Under the pieces are notes generated by a model that searched no databases, was not told where the DNA came from, and worked only from the letters and a program-made list of their open reading frames with translations. Positions 24,105 to 32,293 of a DNA stretch of 45,667 nucleotides are shown piece by piece. Positions within the stretch are counted from its first letter, which is position 1. Each line of letters begins with the position of its first letter. The translations under genes were made by a program, and so were the position numbers. Source of the DNA: Candidatus Rokuibacteriota bacterium (GTDB lineage: Bacteria; JAUVQV01; DATDCY01). The DNA lies in contig JANOHV010000107.1 in assembly GCA_031406795.1 (NCBI GenBank), forward strand, positions 1-45,667. The letters are read 5' to 3'.

Positions 24105-25048
24105 ATGCGCAGCTTCCAGGCCGAGGTCTTCGTGTTCACATGCTTCGGCGCTCCCGGAATGAACGAGGCGTGCTGGGTCAGCGAGATCCCGGGCCCGCAC
24201 TCCACCGCCACCGCGACGCCGAGCGCCGCCAGTCGTTCCACGACCTTCTGCCAGCGGATGGGCGTCGAGATGTTGCAGGCGGTGTACTCGAGCAGTTCCG
24301 CGGGGTCCTGCAGCAGCGCCTGGTCGATCGAGGAGACGAGGGGACAGCAGGGAGCGCTCCAGGCCAGGCTGCCGAGATAGGCGCGGAAGCGATCGGTCGC
24401 CGCGCCCAGATAGCCGGGGTGGTGGTACGGCAGGTCGACGTCCAGCAACACGGCCTTGAAGGCGCCCTCGCGTCTGGCCACTTCGAGGAAGGTCTCGAGA
24501 TCGGCGACGCGCCCCGAGAGGACCGTGGCGGTGTCGTTGTTGACGTTGGCCCGCGCGAGCCCGAGGTGCGCGGGATCGGCCAGCAGGCCCGCGATCTCCT
24601 CGGCGCGCATGCCGATGACGACGGCCATGCCGAGGCTCCCGGGGGGGCAGGCCTCCCGCACGAGGGCGCGCGCCCTCGTCACCATCGCCAGCCCGTCGCC
24701 GAAGCGGACGGCCCCGGTGACGGCCAGGGCGGCGTACAGGCCGAGACTGTGGCCGGCGACGTACGAGGGTTCCAGATCGTACTGCCGGTACACGGTGGCC
24801 ACGGCGCAGTCGAAGGCGTACGTGAACAGCTCCTCCGCGAGCGGGGAGGGTCGCCCGGCGGGCGGGCCGCCCGACCGGCGGGCCAGGGTCGGGTGGGGAT
24901 CCTCCCCCGCGAACGCCAGCGCCTCCTCCAGCAGCGGCTGCATTACCGCCCGGTGCCGCTGGAGAAACTCGCCCTCGTGCCCGCTCGGGGTGACTCCCAC
25001 CCCGGGAAAGACGAACGCGGCCTTCCCCTGCGTCTTCAGGTCCGGCAT
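24101..25048 (-). CDS. fabD: ACP S-malonyltransferase-like acyltransferase
   Basis: AFVFPGVG, AGHSLG catalytic Ser, ANVN, LPYHH, PIRW, VECGPG. Confidence 0.85.
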   Translation of the reverse strand: MPDLKTQGKAAFVFPGVGVTPSGHEGEFLQRHRAVMQPLLEEALAFAGEDPHPTLARRSGGPPAGRPSPLAEELFTYAFDCAVATVYRQYDLEPSYVAGHSLGLYAALAVTGAVRFGDGLAMVTRARALVREACPPGSLGMAVVIGMRAEEIAGLLADPAHLGLARANVNNDTATVLSGRVADLETFLEVARREGAFKAVLLDVDLPYHHPGYLGAATDRFRAYLGSLAWSAPCCPLVSSIDQALLQDPAELLEYTACNISTPIRWQKVVERLAALGVAVAVECGPGISLTQHASFIPGAPKHVNTKTSAWKLRI

Positions 25049-26178
25049 CGCAGCGCGTACCCGGCCTGCATGAACTTGCTGACCTCGGTCACGAAACTCA
25101 CGATCCGCTCCCCCGGAGCCAGGCGCTCCGACCTGACGATCCGGTCCAGACCGATGAACGCCATCGGCGGACCGCAGTAGCCGAGCTCGCTCAGGTGCGC
25201 GGCGAAGCTCTCGCGCCTGATGCCGATCGCCGCGCACTCCTCGAGAACGGAATCGACGATGTGTTTCGCGGGGAGGTTGACCTGGAAGAACCTGATCGTT
25301 TCCGGCGCGAGGCCGCCGCGGGCGAGCATCCGCTGCAGGCCGTGGAGAAAAACCGACCCACCCTCCTCCTGGAAGACGCCGGTCGCGAGCGCATTGCGGA
25401 AATTCTGGCGCAGGTGGTGCCGCGCCTCCTCGTACTCCTGGCGCGGGTTCATCCAGAGCGCCGGGCGGCGGTTGAACATCAGCGAAGGGCGCCGGCCCCC
25501 GATCGATTCGATGTAGGTCTGCTCGACCTCGAGCGCGGCGGCGCACGCGGGGTCCGTCGTGAGCACGAGCGCCCCGGCCCCGTCGCAGAGGAACCAGCGC
25601 AGAAACAGGGACTCCTTGTCCACGAGCGCCTGGTTGTAGTACTCGGCGCGCAGTTCGGAGGAGGAGACGCTCGCCGAGACGACCAGGGCGGTGCGGTAGT
25701 CCCCGGCAGCCAGGAGCCGGTGAGCGAGATGCAACGCCTTGTAGGCGGAGGTGCAGTTCGCGTGGATGGAAAACTCGGCGCAGGCGTCGATGCCGAGCGC
25801 CTCCTGGATGCGCACCGACGCGGTCGGCATCTGGTCCTGGTGCGCCGAGCCGTAGCAGATCAGCTCGATCTCCCCGGGCGCGATCCCCGCGGCCTCCAGC
25901 GCGGCGCGGGCGGCCTTGGTCGCCATCGTCACGTTGTCGTCGGTGGACTCCCGGGTCAGCGGGTCGATGGCATAGTGAACGTACGCGATGTCGAGCAGCT
26001 CCCGCATGACCGGCGCGGTGTTGGCGATCCAGCGGCGGATCTTCGGCGGGGCCTCGGTGAGTTCGCCGAGCACCTCGCCGCTGCGTTCGAACGGGATCGG
26101 CTCCCCGGGCAGGTACGCCCCCGTCCCGGCGAGATACACCGGCCTTGAGTTTGCATTGTTCCGTTCTGTAGTGATCAT
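25036..26178 (-). CDS. DarB/StlD-like beta-ketoacyl-ACP synthase III family protein with non-canonical active site
   Basis: GAYLPGEPI, HANCTS catalytic Cys, FLRWFLCDGAGA; QVNLP and GYCG where His and Asn are expected. Confidence 0.82.
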   Translation of the reverse strand: MITTERNNANSRPVYLAGTGAYLPGEPIPFERSGEVLGELTEAPPKIRRWIANTAPVMRELLDIAYVHYAIDPLTRESTDDNVTMATKAARAALEAAGIAPGEIELICYGSAHQDQMPTASVRIQEALGIDACAEFSIHANCTSAYKALHLAHRLLAAGDYRTALVVSASVSSSELRAEYYNQALVDKESLFLRWFLCDGAGALVLTTDPACAAALEVEQTYIESIGGRRPSLMFNRRPALWMNPRQEYEEARHHLRQNFRNALATGVFQEEGGSVFLHGLQRMLARGGLAPETIRFFQVNLPAKHIVDSVLEECAAIGIRRESFAAHLSELGYCGPPMAFIGLDRIVRSERLAPGERIVSFVTEVSKFMQAGYALRCRT

Positions 26179-26192
26179 TGTTCTGTACCCGA

Positions 26193-26325
26193 ATGAAGAG
26201 GACGCAGAATCGAGCCGAGACAAGGCGCGCGACGAAGCGAATGCCGAGACGGGCTGGTGCCCGTCGCAGGCAGGCGCGAGGAGCGCAACGCAGTCGCAGG
26301 CCGATTATGCGCCATCGTCTTTGGT
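26193..26325. repeat. MITE-like structured intergenic element overlapping the fabF 3' end
   Basis: Imperfect terminal inverted repeats (GACGCAGAATCG / CGATTATGCGCC) and central hairpin GACGGGC-TGGT-GCCCGTC (26248-26265). Confidence 0.45.
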
Positions 26326-27528
26326 GAAGATTGCCACGCCGTTGTGGCCGCCGAAGGCAAAGGAGTTCGACATCACGTTCCGCAGCGCCTGTCGCCGCGG
26401 GGCATTCGGCACGAAATCCAGGTCCAGCTCCGGGTCCGGGTCGGTGAGGTGCCAGGTCGGCGGGATCACGCCTTCGACGAGGGCTTTGCAGCAGATCACC
26501 GCTTCGACGCCGGCGGCGCCGGCGAGGCAATGACCGGTGAGGCTCTTCGTGGAGGAGACGGCGACGCGTCGGGCCGCGGCGCCGAACACGGCATGGATGG
26601 CCTGCGTCTCGTACAGATCGTTGATGCGCGTCGAGGTCCCGTGCGCGTTGATGTAGTCGATGTCCTCGGGCGCGAGGCCGGCGTTCTCCAGCGAGCGGCG
26701 CATGCACGTCGCCATGCCGACCCCGCCGGGCTGTGGCGAGAGAATGTTGTAGGCCTCGGAGCTGAGCCCCGGGGGCAGCAGCAGGGCGTGGACCCGCGCC
26801 CCGCGCCGGAGCGCGGCATCCCGAGATTCGAGCACCAGCACGCCGCCGCCCTCGCCGATGACGAAACCGCTGCGCTGCCGGTCGAAGGGGCGCGAGGCGG
26901 TGGCCATCTCCCCCGGCTCCTCCGCGAGGGCCATCAGCGAGGAGAAGCCCTGGACGTCGAGGCGGTTCAACGAGGAGTCCGCAGCGCCGGTGACCACGGC
27001 GTCGGCCTGCCCCGAGGCGATCAGCCAGTGCGCGGCCGCCAGTGCGTACGCCCCGGAGGAGCAGGCGGTCCCGACGACGAACGACGGTCCGCCGTACTTG
27101 AACTTCAGGCTGACCCAGGCCGCCGGCGAGTTCGACATCCCGCGCAGGATCCGGTGCTGGTCGATCCCTTCGGCGGCCTCGCTGTAGCCCGTCCCTGTCG
27201 TGCCGAGCACCACGCCGACCCGGCTGCGGTCGACGCCGGCGGCCTCCAGGCCCGCGTCGGCGATCGCCATCTGCGCCGTCGCCAGCGCGATCATCGTCCC
27301 GCGCGTCATCTGGTCGCGGCTGCGCTTCATGATCTGCCGCGCGAACAGCTCGTCGGCGCCATCCGGCAGCTCGACACCGAAGGGGGTCGGCAGGCCGGCG
27401 GGATCGAATAGCGTGAAGCGCCGGACGGTATCCCCGCCGGCAAGCAGCCCGGCCCAGCAGGTCGGGAGATCGAGGCCGAGGCCGGTCATCAGGCCGAGCC
27501 CGGTCACCACGACGGGGCGGGTGTTCAC
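26305..27528 (-). CDS. fabF: Beta-ketoacyl-ACP synthase II
   Basis: VVVTGLG, TACSSG, SRPFDRQRSGFVIGEG, YINAHGTST, KSLTGHCL, SNSFAFGGHN. Confidence 0.95.
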   Translation of the reverse strand: MNTRPVVVTGLGLMTGLGLDLPTCWAGLLAGGDTVRRFTLFDPAGLPTPFGVELPDGADELFARQIMKRSRDQMTRGTMIALATAQMAIADAGLEAAGVDRSRVGVVLGTTGTGYSEAAEGIDQHRILRGMSNSPAAWVSLKFKYGGPSFVVGTACSSGAYALAAAHWLIASGQADAVVTGAADSSLNRLDVQGFSSLMALAEEPGEMATASRPFDRQRSGFVIGEGGGVLVLESRDAALRRGARVHALLLPPGLSSEAYNILSPQPGGVGMATCMRRSLENAGLAPEDIDYINAHGTSTRINDLYETQAIHAVFGAAARRVAVSSTKSLTGHCLAGAAGVEAVICCKALVEGVIPPTWHLTDPDPELDLDFVPNAPRRQALRNVMSNSFAFGGHNGVAIFTKDDGA

Positions 27529-29018
27529 CCGATCTCCCTAGCGGTCTTCTCGGCGGCGGCCACGCCGGCCTTGACGGTCTGCAGGAACCCGCCCATCTTG
27601 TCGCTCCAGGCCGAGGCGAGCGCGAGGCGTCCGATCGGCAGTCTGGCGGCCGACAGCAGCGGCCGGTGCACCCCCATCCGGCACGCGAATCCGAGGATCG
27701 CACCAGCGGGGTTGCCGGTGTAACGGCGCATCGTGCGGGGCGTCGCGAGGTCCGTCACGCGCACGTGCGCCCCCAACCCGGGATAGAGCGCCTCGAGCTG
27801 CGCGAGCAGGGCGGTGACGGTCTGCTGCTTCGCGCGGCGGTACTCCGGCTCGTCCAGGGCGATCCAGGCCTCCGCGTCGGTGCCCGCGGCCACGACCACC
27901 GTCGAGCGCTCCGGCGCGGCGATCCCCGGCTCGGTCAGGGCATGGGCCGTGACGGAGAAGCCCTCGACGGTGCGCCTGCCCCGCTGGCGCTTCATGCAGG
28001 CGTCGATGTCGGCGTCGGGAAACACCAGCGTCAGGTGCCGGTCGATCCCCACGTCCCGGGGCGCGCAGTCGATGCCGAGGCTCAGCACGAGCACCGAGAG
28101 CGACGGGCTCAGCTTCTCCAGGCCCGCGAGCCACGACGCGGGGAAGTGCTCGTCCCCGATCAGCTCGTGCGTCAGGGTCGGCAGGCTGACGCCCGCGACC
28201 ACGGCCGCCGCGGGGTAGACCTTCCCGGCCGCACTCTGCACGGAGACGGCACTGCGGCCCGAAACATTGATGCGCGCGACGGGGCAGCGGCAGACGACTT
28301 CGCCGCCGAGTTCGAGCAGGCGCCGCTCCAGCGCGCGGCTCAGGCTCTGTCCGCCGCCGGCGATCGTGCACAGCCCGCCGCCGAAGAGCACGTGGAACAT
28401 CATCATGAAGTTGACGGCGGGAAACTCGTCGGCGGGAATCCCCATGAAGACCGAGCACTGGAAGAGCAGCGCCGCCAGCCGGGGATCGCGGACGAAACGC
28501 GCGAGGTAGTCCCGGGTCGAAGTCGCGGAGTGCTTGAGGAAGGCGGGGAGCCGCGGCAGGAACAGCGGCACCGAACGCCACTTGCTCACGTCCGCGTCGA
28601 AAAGCGGCGCATAGACGCCGACGTGCGTTTCGAGGTCGCTGCGGAAGCGGCGCAGCCCCTCGCGTTCGTCGGGGAACTCCGCGGCGAGGCGCTCGAAGAT
28701 TTCCGCGTACCGGTTGGGCAGCGAGAAATCAAAGTCGCCAAGACGGACCCGGAACCCCTCCCGCAGCGGCAGGAACCGCACCGCGTCCGCGAGACCGAGG
28801 CCGTCGGCAAGGCGGCGGAACTCCTGCCCCGCGCCGCCGGCGGCGGTGACGTGCAGGGCCGGGTCGAAGACCCAGCCCTGACGGGAGAAGGAGACCGCGT
28901 AGCCGCCGACGTGGGGCTGCGCCTCGAGAAGCGTGACGGCGATCTTTCGTTGCGCCAGCGCCACGGCGGCGCTCAGGCCGCCGAGCCCGCCGCCGACGAC
29001 GACCACCCGCTTCGTCAC
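27525..29018 (-). CDS. Phytoene desaturase (CrtI)/retinol saturase-like FAD oxidoreductase
   Basis: VVGGGLGGLSAA dinucleotide motif, GGYAVSFSRQGWVFD, GGGQSL, ATPRTMRRYTGNPAGAI. Confidence 0.88.
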   Translation of the reverse strand: MTKRVVVVGGGLGGLSAAVALAQRKIAVTLLEAQPHVGGYAVSFSRQGWVFDPALHVTAAGGAGQEFRRLADGLGLADAVRFLPLREGFRVRLGDFDFSLPNRYAEIFERLAAEFPDEREGLRRFRSDLETHVGVYAPLFDADVSKWRSVPLFLPRLPAFLKHSATSTRDYLARFVRDPRLAALLFQCSVFMGIPADEFPAVNFMMMFHVLFGGGLCTIAGGGQSLSRALERRLLELGGEVVCRCPVARINVSGRSAVSVQSAAGKVYPAAAVVAGVSLPTLTHELIGDEHFPASWLAGLEKLSPSLSVLVLSLGIDCAPRDVGIDRHLTLVFPDADIDACMKRQRGRRTVEGFSVTAHALTEPGIAAPERSTVVVAAGTDAEAWIALDEPEYRRAKQQTVTALLAQLEALYPGLGAHVRVTDLATPRTMRRYTGNPAGAILGFACRMGVHRPLLSAARLPIGRLALASAWSDKMGGFLQTVKAGVAAAEKTAREIG

Positions 29019-29054
29019 CGCTCACCGTGCGGTTGCCGCGCGGGCAGCACCCGG

Positions 29055-29363
29055 TCAGAGCTCCCGGCCGACGATGTCGTCACCGTGCCTGACGATGGCG
29101 AGCGTCAGCTCGACGATCTGACCGATGGTGTTCGCCGGCTTGTGCATCAGATGCCGGCCGAGGGTCTTCAGCTCCACGGAGAGGCCGTATTTTCTGCGGA
29201 CCGACTCCAGAAGCGAGAGGAGCATCAGGGAATCCCCCTCCAGCTCCTCGATGATGTCCGTCTCGTCGGTGAGGCGGTCGCGGTCGATGTCGCACTCGCT
29301 GGCGAAATAATCGTACACCAGGTCGCGAATCTCCCGCTCGCCCTGCTGGTCGAACTCCCGCAT
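29055..29363 (-). CDS. Acyl carrier protein (second)
   Basis: EELEGDSLMLLSL phosphopantetheine Ser; acidic helical; start set at MREFDQ. Confidence 0.85.
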   Translation of the reverse strand: MREFDQQGEREIRDLVYDYFASECDIDRDRLTDETDIIEELEGDSLMLLSLLESVRRKYGLSVELKTLGRHLMHKPANTIGQIVELTLAIVRHGDDIVGREL

Positions 29364-29454
29364 CCCCGCGTTCCCCTTGTTTGGCTTTCCGTGTCCGATA
29401 AGCGGTGGAGAATACTCCGAAACGTTCAAAAAATCCAGCCCTCGCGGGGCAGCG

Positions 29455-30504
29455 CTACGCGGGACTTTTCCTGGCCGACACCAGGTAGGAACCGGGGGAG
29501 CGGCGCAGGGAGCGCGTGAACGGCCGCGGACAGCCCGCGGCGACCAGCCACCGCGCCACCTCGCGGGGCTCGTGCAGACAGCCCGGCGTGGCGTTGAAGA
29601 GCTCGAGGGCGATCACCCCGGCGAGGGCGCGCTGGAAAGGCGACGCCCCCGGGCGGGTCTGGTGGTCCACGACCACCGCCAGCCCGCCGGGTTTCAACGC
29701 GGCGACGGCGCGACGCACCAGCTCCTGCGATCGCGCGGCGGGAAAGATCCGCACGAGGTTGAAGAGCAGTACGACGTCGCACTCGCCGGGATACGCGTCC
29801 TGCCAGAGGTCCGCCGCGAGAAAACTCACCCGCTCGCGCATCCCGGCGGCGGCGATCGAGGCCTCGGCGACCTCCCGCGCCTGCGCCCAGTCCAGCACGA
29901 TCGCCGAGAGGTCCGGGTGGCGGCGGCAGAACGCGATGCTGTAGCAGCCGTGGCTGCCGCCGAGATCGAGGAGCCGCCGCGCGCCGGCCGGCAGCCGGAC
30001 CCGCCCGACGATCTCCGGAGCACCCAGGCGGGCCACCGCGCGCAGGCCGGCGTGGTAGCGATCCCAGCTGCCGGGGTGGGCGTCGAACCACTCGGCGGTC
30101 CGGCGCGCCGGCGCGCCCGCCCGCAGGGCGCCCTCGAGCGAGTCCCAGCGCTGCTGCATGTCCTCGAAGAACCCGAAGAGCTCGGCGACGCCGACGGGGG
30201 ACGCGGCGAGCAGCCACTTGGTCGTCGCCGCCGTGTTGCTGAAGCGGCCGCCCCGGGCGCGCACGTACCCGAGAGCCTCGAGGAGCTCGAGCAGCAGCCG
30301 CACGCCGCGCGCGTCGGCGCCGCTGCGCTGCGCGAGAACTTCGGGCTCCAGCGGCCCCGCGGCCAGGATTTCGAACAGACCGAGCCGCAGCGCGACGTTG
30401 ACGGCCCTGGCGGCGAACGGGCCGTAGAGGTCGAGGATCGGCCCGGGGCCGAGATTGCCCTGCAGGAAGATCAGCCGTTCAATCGCGTTCAGCCGCAGTG
30501 GCAT
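29455..30504 (-). CDS. SAM-dependent O-methyltransferase (dimerisation domain plus Methyltransf_2)
   Basis: ALRLGLFEIL winged-helix region, LLDLGGSHG, LKPGG. Confidence 0.88.
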   Translation of the reverse strand: MPLRLNAIERLIFLQGNLGPGPILDLYGPFAARAVNVALRLGLFEILAAGPLEPEVLAQRSGADARGVRLLLELLEALGYVRARGGRFSNTAATTKWLLAASPVGVAELFGFFEDMQQRWDSLEGALRAGAPARRTAEWFDAHPGSWDRYHAGLRAVARLGAPEIVGRVRLPAGARRLLDLGGSHGCYSIAFCRRHPDLSAIVLDWAQAREVAEASIAAAGMRERVSFLAADLWQDAYPGECDVVLLFNLVRIFPAARSQELVRRAVAALKPGGLAVVVDHQTRPGASPFQRALAGVIALELFNATPGCLHEPREVARWLVAAGCPRPFTRSLRRSPGSYLVSARKSPA

Positions 30505-30640
30505 GACATCACCGCTCCGGCCCGGGCCGGGGCCTTCCGCTCTTCGCCGCCCCGTGCCGCCACTCTCGCCGCCGTCATCGCGCACCCCCCGCCGCGCCGA
30601 TCCTGCGCGAGGCGGATCATCGTGCCGGCGGCGGGCGAAG

Positions 30641-31020
30641 TCAAGGCTTCCCCGTCGGCGCCGCGGGCGCCGGCACACGCCGGCGCGCCGCCGTCCGCGC
30701 CAGGCGCTGGAGCAGCGCGTGGAGATGCAGCAGGCCGGTGCCCTTGACCAGGACCCGGCTGAGGACGTAGACCCGCCAGATCGGCTGGCGCGGCAAGAGG
30801 GCCCGGACGATCAGCCGCACCGGCAGCGGGATGCGAGCGCCCGCGCCGTACATGAAATAGCGGGGGCGGGTGGCCGTCGCGGCGGCCGCCAGGGCCATGA
30901 TCTCGTCGATTTCGAGCCCCGGGGGGGCATAGCAGAGCGGCCTGAGGAAATCCTCCCGCGAGCCAGAGCGCGGCGATCGGCGCGCCCTTGTAGACGCGGA
31001 TGCCGACGCCGGTGAAGTTC
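30641..31020 (-). pseudogene. Frameshifted C-terminal remnant of a third B12-binding radical SAM gene
   Basis: Frame A reads GVGIRVYKGAPIAALWL, then after a shift near 30957 frame B reads EDFLRPLCYAPPGLEIDEIMALA...RPRYFMY; this parallels GLRIYPHTGL...ESLLLRRFYVSPEL in 10018-11421; no N-terminal domains. Confidence 0.6.
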
Positions 31021-31066
31021 TTCCCCAGCGCGCGGACTCCTGAGTACATCCCCGGTTGCCCCGCCC

Positions 31067-32293
31067 TCAGAAGGCCTCGGTGATCACCACGATCGGGAAG
31101 ATGCCGTACCGGGAGAAGCCGACATCGATCCGCAGGTTGATCCGATCCTTGGGGTCGAGCGTGACCCGCAGTCCGGCCCCGCCGGTGAGCTGCAGGTCGT
31201 CCAGCGACAGATCCGCGGGTCGCTCGGCGACCTCCCCCACCCCCGCGAACACCGCGCCGCCCACGGCCTTCCAGATCGGAAACCGGTACTCGGCCTGCGC
31301 GGCCACCATCGTCTTGTCGCGGAAGCGTCCGTCGAACAACCCCCGCATCATCCCGATGCCGCCGATGCTCGGCAGCCGGTAGAACGGCGGGTCGCCGACC
31401 ATGACGCGCCCCTTCGCCTGCACCGCCAGCACCTGCCCCGCGCCGAGGGGGAAGAAGCGCCGGAGGTCGAGCAGGTAGTCGTCGTAGGAAAAATCGCTGT
31501 CGAGGTAGTCCCGGTGCAACCCGGCCCAGAACTGCAGATAGGTCCCGGTGGTCGGCGCGTAAATGTTGTCCCGATCGTCCCACTCCGCCTGCAGCTCCAG
31601 GCCGATGTCGGTCCCGCCGTCGCTGCCGGTCAGCGCCCCGCTCTCGAGGATGCCCCCCGGCTCCTTGCCGGGGATCCTCGCCGACCCGAACCAGATTCCC
31701 GGACCGAGGCGCAGCGAGCGGAAGACCTTTCTCGTCGCCGAGAACGTGATGCCGGTGCCGGTCGCGGTGAAATCCTCCCGGGTCCCGTGCTCGCCGGCTT
31801 CGGTGCCGACCCCCCAGATCCTGGCGGGGGTCCGATGGTGGTAGAGCTGGGCCTTGACCAGGTAGTCCTCGTCTTGCAGGTACACCGACGGCGCGAATCC
31901 CACCGCCCACTGGTTTTCCAGCGAATAGAAGGCGGAGACGGCGATCGTGTTCGGACGCGCATCGGCGGCGCGGTTTTCCCAGCGCAGCGCGCGCACCATC
32001 ATCGCGCCGAAGAGAAAGCTCGTCTCCCGCGAGAAGGCGACGATCGGCACCGCGGGGAGGAGCAGCTTCTCCTCCTTTTCGACCTTGGCCGGCGACGCTT
32101 GCTGCGGCAGCGTCTCCTGCGGCGACGTCTCCTGCGGCTGCGGCTGCGGCAGCGGCTGCGGCTGCGGCAGCGGCTGCGTCTCCTGCGGCGGCGCCGGCTG
32201 TTCCGCCTCGGCCGCCGCGGGACCGGCCCACGCGAGCAGCAGCATGCCGCAGAGCGCGGCCCGCGTCAGGGCTTTACCTCGATTCAGCATCAT
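31067..32293 (-). CDS. BamA/TamA (Omp85) family outer-membrane beta-barrel without obvious POTRA domains
   Basis: Signal peptide, Pro/Gln linker, WDDRDNIYAPTTG, MRGLFDGRFRD, GAGLR, C-terminal ITEAF. Confidence 0.85.
   Translation of the reverse strand: MMLNRGKALTRAALCGMLLLAWAGPAAAEAEQPAPPQETQPLPQPQPLPQPQPQETSPQETLPQQASPAKVEKEEKLLLPAVPIVAFSRETSFLFGAMMVRALRWENRAADARPNTIAVSAFYSLENQWAVGFAPSVYLQDEDYLVKAQLYHHRTPARIWGVGTEAGEHGTREDFTATGTGITFSATRKVFRSLRLGPGIWFGSARIPGKEPGGILESGALTGSDGGTDIGLELQAEWDDRDNIYAPTTGTYLQFWAGLHRDYLDSDFSYDDYLLDLRRFFPLGAGQVLAVQAKGRVMVGDPPFYRLPSIGGIGMMRGLFDGRFRDKTMVAAQAEYRFPIWKAVGGAVFAGVGEVAERPADLSLDDLQLTGGAGLRVTLDPKDRINLRIDVGFSRYGIFPIVVITEAF
32101..32190 (-). repeat. Coding tandem repeats (PQET / QPLPQP)
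   Basis: Repeated GGCAGCGGCTGC and CGTCTCCTGCGG units. Confidence 0.7.

Noticed and set aside
24101-27703. 1200-aa ORF suggesting a fused type I PKS-like protein
   Set aside because: Only the last 315 aa (FabD) are real; the upstream part is an off-frame overlap of fabF and the KAS III gene
27525-29018. Carotenoid biosynthesis
   Set aside because: No phytoene synthase or GGPP synthase; the gene is embedded among FAS II genes
30489-32231. 580-aa ORF with a poly-Ala run
   Set aside because: Alternative frame of the Omp85 gene's Pro/Gln repeat; only a short part near 31000 matches the radical SAM remnant
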